The position numbers were made by a program, and so were the translations under genes. A stretch of DNA of 61,428 nt, filler included, from Choristocarpus tenellus KU-1152 (Eukaryota > Protista > Phaeophyceae), in NCBI GenBank assembly GCA_964200185.2. It is 10 parts of 10 records of this genome, joined end to end, with 100 filler letters (N's around TTAATTAATTAA, not from the genome) between each part and the next. Parts side by side here need not be neighbours in the genome. Positions count along the whole stretch, not along the records: positions 42,467 to 52,187 come from CAXNAD020003454.1; positions 52,288 to 57,562 come from CAXNAD020011288.1; positions 57,663 to 61,428 come from CAXNAD020018059.1; 7 more parts are not named here. The stretch is one strand, 5' to 3'. Below, piece after piece: positions 51,800-61,428 of this stretch (position 1 is its first letter; each line of letters begins with the position of its first letter). A model generated the notes under the pieces. It did no database searches. It was given only the letters and a program-made list of their open reading frames with translations, and had not been told where the DNA came from.

Positions 51800-52132
51800 C
51801 GCACCCCCCCCCCCCCCCCCCCCCCCCCACACCCGCCCTCTAATCATCCCACCCCCTACCACTAGCTCTCNNNNNNNNNNAAACACCCCACCATGAAAAA
51901 ACATGATCCGATCGCCCCCCCCCCCTCCCCCCCCACCCCCAATAACAACAGTGCCCTCAATCCCCACCCTGACACTGGTGAGGTCATCATAATTGCAGCC
52001 AAAGTACTTCCTATCTGTGTTGACAGCAAACGCTGCTACTCCCCCCCTTTCAAGCTCAATTGCAGTCTCCACCACGTCTAAGGCCCCACCCCCCCGACGG
52101 ATGTTCCCTGTAACAGGCGTTGACCTCTTGAT
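49523..52132 (-). CDS. Indole-3-glycerol-phosphate synthase (TrpC/IGPS)-like protein, 5' partial
   Basis: Exons 52132-51968, 51478-51359, 50821-50632, 50229-50158 and 49620-49523 splice in phase with GT-AG. Motifs: [71 protein letters not shown]. Confidence 0.9.
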
Positions 52133-52287
52133 CTACTCTTCACAACATGAAGAGATAGGGTTAGGGGTGGAGCAGGGAGGGTGGGACNNNNNNNNNNNNN
52201 NNNNNNNNNNNNNNNNNNNNNNNNNNNNNNNTTAATTAATTAANNNNNNNNNNNNNNNNNNNNNNNNNNNNNNNNNNNNNNNNNNNN

Positions 52288-55200
52288 CACCTCCTTCACT
52301 ACTGGGCCCTTCCTTGACCCAGTGCCCCCCCTCACATCCCCTACCCCAGTTCCCACCCTCTTCCCATCCTGGTCATCGCTCAGCACCTTCACATCTCCTT
52401 CAACAGATTTTGATCGGGGCATCTTTTCCTCGTAGGAGAGATCCCTGACATCACTTGCAGTGGCCTCTGTACTAGTTGCTGCACCTGAGATAGTCCCATT
52501 TGTCAATACTGGCTCTCCGTCCCCCCCCGGAAACTTTGCATGCCCCTCCCTGGAAAACAACTTTCTGAGCATGGGGCTCCGACATGAGAGCAATGCAGCA
52601 TGTCCTAGGTAGCGGGCGCGGTTATGAGCCACAAGGCAGCAGTCTGCACCTTCCTTTTCAACACAAGCTCGACCAAGGTCAGCTGACAGGCATGAGGAAG
52701 ATGTGTATGATGTGATGGAGCTAAGGTCATCACTTGTGCCACAGGTCGGGGAAGATGTGTTTATGGGATGGTTGGAAGAAAGGGCAGGGGGGAAGGGTTA
52801 GGGTTAATTATACTTAATAATAGGTTAATAAACATGTTCTTGTTGGCTGCAAGTCCTCTCACTCAAACAATGCCACAACTGATACAATCGTCCAATGTAT
52901 ATTACATCTAATGTCATCTGTTGATAGTAGCACTTCCTCTTTCTCTCTCTCTCTCATACACATACAACATGATTACAAAACATGCATAGAGTCAAAGTAT
53001 CTTAGAGGGTAGAGCTGCGTCCATTTGGGTGCCAAAATCCAATGTTGCGATTTTGATGTAATTTTGGCTATCGTGTTTGTTAGAAAGTGCCAATTTCCTT
53101 GTTCCGGACACACCTTTTCATAACATACATATTTTACCTACTCCGAAACATTTTGGAGTATGTAAAATGTTATTAAAAAAAAACGGGAAGCCAAGCCCCA
53201 AATGGACAAACAGGGAAAAACTAGTACCCTCTAAGACACTTTCACTCATGATTGATAAAGGGTATTACAAGCACTTTAGCAGCATCAATGACAAATCCTC
53301 AATTGCAAAAGAAAAATAATTAGTCTCACCCATTACTCCCCTTCAGCATGTCCACGTGCACAATCTCCAAAGGGTAGGCTGTGTCTCGATAGTTCACTAG
53401 AACACTGAATTGGAAGTCATGGTGAGGGTCTCCCCTGACAACAAAACAGTCCATCATCCATCCACAACAATGCACAGCCCATATTCATGGTGGTGGATTC
53501 GGAGTGAAGAGAGTGAAGAAGGATGACAGCTGGACTAGGGACAAATAGGACGAACATCTCTTAGGGAAGTAAAGGGGTAAACAAGCCCGATAAAGTCTGT
53601 TTCTTTGCCTGTGAGTAGTATGCCATGTCAGACATGTCAGACACTCTAATCAAAAAGGCATCGATCACCACCTGAGAGAACAGAATCTGAACATTGCAAG
53701 CAATCCACACTAATAGGACCTTGCAAAACAGCACCGAGCTCACAACTTGTACTTTAAATATCATACTGGCACAATTAGCAGCTCAAGGTGCAACCTTGAA
53801 TACCGCACCTCCTTGAAAAATCTATGAATAATGAAAATTTATGCAATAGAACAAACAAGAAATAAAAAATAAAAAAGTATTTGAGTAAGCAGGAAACAAC
53901 CATAGCACCAATCAGTAACAGTTACCAGCTGCAATCTGCAACACAACCTCACCAAGGAACAACCTACAAAAGTATCAGTGGTACACAAAACATGAGACTG
54001 TACTGCTGTACAGGGTACTGACCTCAGAGACTGCACATAGAGGGAGCTGTGCTTGCGTCCTGGGTACATCTCTGCGGAGTGGATAAGATTTCCTGTTTGA
54101 GCACAGTGAAGCCGCACTGTCTGTTCCTCTGAAGAACCTGAGAGGATCAACCTGGTGTAGCGGTGCAGGACAGAAAAAGGAGGGTGTTGATAAGGTCAGA
54201 CACAAAGGGTGAAAAAATACAGATAGATAAATGAAGGCGACTTCACCAAAGCAGAGAGACGAGGTAACTGGAGAGGGGGGTATTAGCTTGCTGTGGGCTG
54301 CAGTGATCATGGACTGGCTAATGAACAAAAGTAGCATGATTCCGTTGCCAAATCCACCTGAATGTTGCCCTGAAAGTTGCATTCAAACAGAGGATACATC
54401 AAAACGAAACTGTGTTGCCAGAGCTCTACCACTTCAAAGAACTACCAACTATGTGGTATTACAACATTCCACAGGATAAACACGCCTTCTGCCCAACCAT
54501 ACCCTCCCCCCCGCCCCCTCACTGCACACTTATCACACACACACACACACACACCCTCGCCCCCCCCCTCCTGCAGACAAAAGTGCTAAGTACCTCCCAC
54601 TTGACGTGTAGTAGGAACGGGTGAAGTTGTCGTGGTGCTGCCTCTTAGGTATGTCAAGTTTCATATGCAGCCGCCCATCAAGAGCCAGGTATTGCTTTAC
54701 TTCGTTGTCGATGGCAGATGTTAGCAGAAACACATCATCAGGACTGAAACAATTTAACACAGAAACAAAGACCGTGCACAGGATAGTATTGGGGTGTTTA
54801 CATTTGGGTGTGGGTGATAGGGGGCAACTACAAGGCTGAGGACACATACTCTCCGACTCAAGCAGCTAACTATCTCTAAAGCAGGGCGGGTGTCAACAGC
54901 ACGTCCAGAAGACTCAGCAAGGGAGGTAGTGGTCCAGAAACAAGAGCGTCTAACAAATACCTGTCGTATGTCAATCTACAAATAATGGGTGAGCACAACG
55001 TCGGCAAGGACTTCTTAACCAGTCCTACAATTTGTACGCAGTCCAAGAACAGTCCAAGAACAGTCCAAATACAGTACCCTACATACCAGTAACAACAGCA
55101 GCATACAGTACCCTACATACAAATAACAAACCTTTGTACCTGATCGCTTTCATTGACTCTCTTCATGTGCATTAAGGGCATAAAAGGTCTCTCATGAGTA

Positions 55201-56973
55201 TTCACACACGTTGCACCGGGTCAAATCAACGCCACAAGGTGCTCCAAACCCCAAAAGAGCACAAGAATATGACTACCACTTTCCATCCACTTTCCATCCC
55301 ACATCTTTCATCACACATGGAAAACACAGCAAAGGTCCTGTAATGTAAGCAATGTAATGTAAGTAATGTAATGTAATGTAAGCTCAGGAACTATCCACCG
55401 GACCACACAAAATATAGCGCTGTTTCCAGCAGGTTCAAAATAACACAATGAAATTTTTTTTATCATGTTTCACAACTCCCCATGCAAAAGCCTACAATGC
55501 CTGAACTGTATCAGCCCCATCCTCTAATACAGCCACTTGCAAACTGCATCCCCCCCCCTTCCACTATTTTGTGGTCTTGCCTGAAGCATAGCATGACATG
55601 GCCGTTATCAGATTTGCATGAGTAAATGGGAGATCTACCCCTCCTGGCGTCCCATGCTTTCACCTGCACACCAGACAGAAGCACAACACTACTATAAATG
55701 CTATAGTATTCCATACATATACAAAAAAAGTCAAATCCACAACCTCAACAGTGAGCACAATACTACAGATGCACAATGATCATTACAAACATGCTCTAAT
55801 CTTCCTATATAGTTTCAAGTTTATACTACACAAAACATGAGGCATTAGTATAGATGGATCATTGAGCATCTCATACAAGAGTTCACTTTACGAAAGCAGC
55901 AGAGAGATTTGTTTGCAGTATTAGTATGGTGAATTGACAAAAGAACCCTTCACCGATTCAATATAATTCAACTCATCATCATTCAGTACTATGGACTGCT
56001 TAACAACTACTAAGTCAGCACAATACACAGCACTGTGTTACAGGAAGGTCAACAGGCCCAGTCTTGCACGACTTGAAAGTCTCCATGCAGTCCAAGAACT
56101 GATACACTTGCTTTTCACAACAATGGAAGCACACAATTGTAATAGATGCCTCACAGCCCATCCCAAGGAAATATCCAGGGATGCAAAGCAACCCTAAGGC
56201 TCTTGGCATGCAACAACTCACTGTGCAGTCGAAGCTGGAGGTGGCGAACATAAACGGTGAGTGGTTGGCAAAGCGACTGATGTTAATGTGGTCTGTATGA
56301 ACCTCATGAAACTCACGCACCACCTGTCATGTCAAGCAATGAGGGCAACACAATTGCTGTTTGTCACATTGCAGGTTGACACTGTTTATACCTTGAGACA
56401 ACTGGGCATGCAGTGTCTTCATGCATGTTAGAAAAGCTGGATCTCCTTCAAAGTACTCAACAACTAATGATGGGCAGCTAGCAATGAACACAAACAAGGC
56501 ACAAATGAACTCAATGAGTACAATCGTGTGCCTAGTACAAATGCCCTGATCAACATATGCCCCTCAAAAATGGAACAAGCAAGATTAGGCCTTTGCCACC
56601 TGTGGCACGCACAGACTGTAACCTTTCCCTCTGCAACACTGGCAGCGATGACGTTACAAAGTCAAACACTACCACACCAAAAAATATACAGCAGTGGTAA
56701 AGTAACAGCAGATACTGATTTGTATCATACTTTCTGGAGCACTCTACGGAATACCCTACGGTCTTTTGCAAGTGCTACATGGGATACTAAAAGCCCTCTT
56801 CTCAAATGCTTTTGTTGTCACTTCTGTGCAACTCACCTTGGACGTCTCCAAGTCAAACAATCGCACATTATTGCTGTACCCCGAGGCCATCATGAAGCGG
56901 TCAGTAGAGTTGATGTGCACAGACGTGAGCTTGTGAAAGGCTTGGTAACATGTCAAAATACGTCCCCTTGAGG
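52288..56973 (-). CDS. WD40 protein homologous to plant DHU1 (DWD HYPERSENSITIVE TO UV-B 1) with a downstream BTB/POZ-like domain; partial at both ends
   Basis: Exons ~56973-56837, 56323-56222, 55663-55581, 54743-54594, 54151-54023, 53434-53330 and ~52732-52291 join in phase: HINISRFANHSPFMFATSSFD..VKAWD..HVMLCFSPDDVFLLTSAIDNEVKQYLALDGRLH..NFTRSYY..ILSGSSEEQTVRLHCAQTG..YVQSLRGDP, then ADCCLV..YLGHAALLSCRSPMLRKLF (BTB-like). Confidence 0.85.
52989..53247 (-). mobile_element. MITE family A, copy 9 (intronic)
   Basis: GAGTCAAAGTATCTTAGAGGGTA ... TACCCTCTAAGACACTTTCACTC; no clean TSD. Confidence 0.92.
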
Positions 56974-57662
56974 CTGCCAGTTTCCAGGTAGAAAAGTGTT
57001 AAGAGGCCGTGGTGCAATGTTCACGTAACAGTATTGCAATCGAGGGTGTGATGGAATGTGGTAGAGTGTAAATTAGCATCAATAAATTGACTCAGTTTCC
57101 AACTTCACACTCAGAATAGAATCGCCCCAGAAATCCTTGAGGTATACAACTTGATCAAATTAGTGCCCTTAATCACACCAAAGCACCTCACAAGTTGCCA
57201 AATATGCCTCAGAACATAAAGGCAAGCCAGACAGCAGCTTGAAATGCTGAATTTCACATACTTGGTCCACTATGGGCAAGAAGATTCTACCCCAAACCAT
57301 TGAGTGTAACAATGCAGTGTACCGGCAGCTGATATTGGAGCATTCTGGGAGATGCAGCAATATATCTATTTGTTCCTTGCAACTTTGTTTGCCACTGTAG
57401 TGACAGGTGCATCTGGTCAAGCATACCTTGAAGGACATGTCAAGAGATTATTAAAAAAAATCACATGAAGCCAGAAATCTAGCATTGTATTCTCCTGTCT
57501 TTTTGCACCTTCATCAAGTCCTGGCCTGTCGAGTCCACGGATGCTGCATCCCCCCCTCTCTGNNNNNNNNNNNNNNNNNNNNNNNNNNNNNNNNNNNNNN
57601 NNNNNNTTAATTAATTAANNNNNNNNNNNNNNNNNNNNNNNNNNNNNNNNNNNNNNNNNNNN

Positions 57663-60600
57663 GCCTATGGACTAGAACTTGATCACCAGATACGAAAACG
57701 GGGAACACGAGACGTTGGTTGGCACGCTCCTGATTTTTAACGTGTTCATGGAGGTTACGACGTGCCAACTCGAAAGCAAGCTGTAAATTATCTTTGGTTT
57801 GCTCAGTAAACTCTTCAGTAGTGACATCTGAATCAGCATTAGACGAACCAAGGATGATTTCAACTGGTAAATGACCTTGTCTTCCAAACAGAAGGAAAAA
57901 CGGGGTTTCATGCAACTTTGCACTGAATGCTGTATTATGGGCTAACTGTACGAAAGGCAATAACGATGCCCAGTTGTCCTCAGCAACAGAGATATGCATT
58001 GCTAGCATAGAATTGCAACGTAGCATGTACTCTCTCTAACAAAGAATTTCCTTGCGGGTGATACGGTGTCGTTTTGGTTTTCTTGTAACCAAAGACAGAC
58101 TGCAACTCTGCAACTGCACTGTTTTCAAATTCGGTACCTTGATNNNNNNNNNNGTGTACGAGCAATTGTTGCGGCCTCTTTATTTGGAATAGGGCTCAGC
58201 ACAACAAAATGGGTGAGGTGATCCATGGCAGACAACACATACGAGCACATGACACCATTTGTTGCTGGGGAACGTGTTTTGTACTCTACCAAATCTATAG
58301 CAACACGTTGAAATGGTCTGTCAATGGGCATATGGCCAGTAGGAAGCGTAGGCTTCTTATGAGCAGTCTTACATGTTTGGCATGCTTGACAATCACGACA
58401 CCATGTACGAGTATCAATATTGAATGTTGGCCACCAATACGAGTCTCTAACCTTATCAAAAGTGGGTTTGAAACCTAAGTGACTTCCAGACAATGCATGA
58501 TCATGACAAGCATGGAGTACAAGACGGACTAACAAATGAGGAACGACCAATTGGTCTCTAAACGTACTCCTCTTACGAAGATGGCCTGGTAAGTACGAAC
58601 GATACAGTAAGCCATTACGAAGGAAAAAATACGACATAGACGTCGTCGATTCCTTATCAGGCAGTGGGGCGACGTTGGGGGACTGCAAATACCTGAAATA
58701 TGGTCCGAACTCGGATTCCTGCTCCTTGCGCAATTGCTCCTGGTCCACTGAAGGAAACACGGTAGTGGAACTAGTAAATAGTTCACGATCACTTTGGACG
58801 GGCGTTGCTTGGTCAAGGTTAGAAGCAGATAACTCATATTCCTTTTGAACACGTGTGGTAAATGCACGACTACCTTCAGGCACATTACGACAGATTGGTG
58901 CCAGCATTGGAGCAACAGATTTCTCTTGTTCCTCAAACCTGAAAATACGAGATAGAGTATCAGGTATAACATTGAGCTTACCGGGCTTGTGCTTGACTGT
59001 GAAATCATACGCTTGAAGAGCAATAGCCCAACGAGTAAGCATGTTACTGGTATCCTGCATTCTATACAAGTAACACAATGCGGCATGATCTGTGATGCAG
59101 GTGAAGTGTCTACCCCAAAGATACGGTCGCCAATGCGTGATGGCTGTAACGACTGCATAACACTCTCTTAATGTAGCTGAATAATGACGTTGAGCTTCAT
59201 TAAATTTCTTGCTGAAGTATGCAATGATACCTAGGTCTGCAGGATTATCGGATCGAGGTTGTGCTAAAAAACCTCCAGCACCACTCTCACTGGCATCAAC
59301 ATGGATGATGAATTCTTTGGTAAAGTCAGGGAATATGAGAACCGGGGCTACAGTGAGTAATTGTTTTACTTAACAAAACGCCACATCCTGGTCCAATCCA
59401 CATTCTTCATCCACTCTCTTGTTGACATCTTTCTCAGTGAGAAGAACTAACGGTTCGATTACTGTGGCTAAGTTGGGTATGAATTTATGCACAAAATTTA
59501 ACCATACCTAGGACAGATCGAAGTTCTTTGATGGTGGTGGGTTTGGGTAACTCAGTGATTGCACAAACCCAATCCTCACCGATACGAATTTCTTCAGACG
59601 ATAAAATGTGACCCAGGTAACGTACTTCTTTGGGTCCAAACTGGATCCTTGACGGTTTCAAAGTTAATCCTGCTGCTTGTAACGCTTTGAATTGCTGTTC
59701 TGAGTGAAAGTATCTTAGAGGGTACGAGTTTTGCCCTGTTTGTCCATTTGGGGCTTGGCTTCCCATGGGCTTTTAATTACGTTTTTCTTCTCCGAATTGT
59801 TTCAGAGTAGGTAAAAATGTACATGTTATTAAAAGGTGTGTCTAGAACATCGATATTGACACTTCCTAACACATACAATAGCCAAGATAACATCAAAATT
59901 GCAACATTGGACTTTGGCCTCCAAATGTACACGGCTCTACCCTCTAAGATACTTCAGCTCTTCTAGTAAGTATATGTCCTTCCCATGTGGGAGAACAAGC
60001 AATCAGATCATCCATGTAAACTAGCAACCCATTCAATGGACCAAAGTTGGCAAAGGCTAAGGACATGATTTTTAGAAATTGCCAAGGGGCATTTGATATC
60101 CCAAAGGGCATCCTCTTAAAAACGTATTTGCTCTCTGGACGTGACAAAAGCGGTTTTATCAATGTCATCCTCAGCAACAGGAATCTGCCAATATGCACTC
60201 ACAGAACACGAAGGAGTTGTACTTGTATCACGTACTTGAGTGGGGCTCCTTGTCATGTGATGTCTTGCTGAAATGGTACACGAACTGTTGTGAAATGAAA
60301 GACGTTGTTCTTGCCAATCAAGGATTGCACCGAATGCCTGCATAACACTATTATCAAGCAGAATTTTATCGGGAACAAGTTGGGGAATCACTAAAGCTTC
60401 AACTGGCAATGTGGTGTCACCAAGTGTAAGTGCAAAACGAATAAATCCACGAATATGCAAAGGTGAACCATTTGCTGCACGTAGATTTATTGCACCAGGT
60501 GGGACAGGATGCACATCAAAACGTTTCAGTTGAGGGTGATTGCGAACAAATATTTCAGAAATACATGGTACATCACTGGCTGTGTCAATTGTCAAGTCAT

Positions 60601-61383
60601 TTTCCTCTTGTTCTTCAACGGTGCCAGATACACGAACTCTTTGTGATTAAAACGATAAAGGTTTGGGCATGGATGAGTATCTGCACAAAGAACTGTTCAA
60701 CCAAGTTTCATAATTATTACACGAGTTTGGTTGAATCAATGGCAAAGAAAAATGCTTAGTGACACGCGTGCAGGCAATAAACGATGCCTGCGGGGCAAGA
60801 GGTACGACTGGCGTCAACCTCTGATGCTTGCCGCTCCCTACGATGGTGTCAACAACAACACCATGGCTGTTCCCAAGTGGACAGGAGTCAATTCCACCTG
60901 GGCACCCCTAGGGACGCGCACCATAATGGCCAGGTATTGACTCACTGTCCTCACGAACACGAACACAACTGCCACGACCCCTGCCTCTACGACGCAATTA
61001 TGGCAAACGAGCACCACGCGGATTGTCCAGGCACGACTGAGTTGTGTGACCCTCACGAGTCGCTGCCTGACAATCCGGGTACTAGCACACACTATTTTGC
61101 TGATCCATAGTGTACGTCGAGCTGGACGGTGAGGCTGAGTAAGGCGACGTGTGTCTTGGGGTCGTGTTGACCTGTCAAAGTGCACGGCTGAGGGAGGTGG
61201 ACCCGCCGACGACCGAGCTGGGGCCCTGTTGAGGGTTGCCTCCCCTGCTCGGTGACGTTCCACCTCCGTACGTAGCCTTTGGCATTCACGTTGTGACTGC
61301 TCAAGTTCGCTACGAAGAACATAATCGGAGTCCATTCCGCGAGCATGCAGTTGCATGAGGTCTTGGAGCCATCTAGGAGGCAC
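57663..61383 (-). mobile_element. Decayed Ty3/Gypsy LTR retrotransposon (gag-PR-RT-RH-IN)
   Basis: Protease IDTASD (~60590); RT YWQIPV..KTAF, MPFGISNAP, YMDD (~60010); RNase H HVDASESG (~59300); integrase HDH..SHLG..CxxC, DLVEY, QGTEF, YHPQGNSLLER. Contains frameshifts, stops and a MITE insertion. Confidence 0.95.
59702..59960 (+). mobile_element. MITE family A, copy 10 (inserted in Gypsy RT)
   Basis: GAGTGAAAGTATCTTAGAGGGTA ... TACCCTCTAAGATACTTCAGCTC; perfect TSD TTCT. Confidence 0.93.
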
Positions 61384-61428
61384 AGTGTTTGTCCTGGCGC
61401 ACTCGTTGACTTGCGCGCGATGTATGAT

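Noticed and set aside
51660-51960. Poly-Gly ORFs and duplicated CACCATGAAAAAACATGATC block
   Set aside because: Low-quality poly-C intron sequence duplicated on both sides of a 10-N gap; likely an assembly artefact.
6163-57662. Recurrent TTAATTAATTAA palindrome between N-runs
   Set aside because: Artificial six-frame-stop linker joining contigs. It is not biological, and gene neighbourhoods across it cannot be interpreted.

Overview
Eukaryotic, intron-rich, repeat-rich DNA, most consistent with a brown alga or related stramenopile. This is inferred from the gene content (Zn2Cys6 factor, HSF-type factor, GT23-like exon, DHU1-like WD40 gene), the splice signals and short TTAGGG tracts. The window is not contiguous: ten contigs are joined by nine artificial 100-bp linkers (N44-TTAATTAATTAA-N44), so neighbourhoods across linkers mean nothing. 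Host genes reconstructed by hand from splice sites: a Zn2Cys6 transcription factor (-), the last exon of a WDR53-like WD40 protein (+), an HSF-domain transcription factor (+), the last exon of a GT23-like fucosyltransferase (+), an IGPS/TrpC-like protein lacking two active-site residues (-), and a DHU1-like WD40 protein fused to a BTB-like domain (-). Mobile DNA dominates. A ~258-bp MITE family occurs as ten full-length copies, six with perfect 4-bp TSDs and Sola2-like termini. Related elements share the G(R)NNNAAAGTATCT end, including a ~5.9-kb candidate parent or cargo element carrying a decayed multi-exon gene of unknown type. Also present are a Helentron-like hairpin repeat, a third MITE-like family, two decayed Ty3/Gypsy elements, LINE/RLE/DIRS-like remnants and several minisatellites. 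No rRNA, tRNA or CRISPR array was seen.
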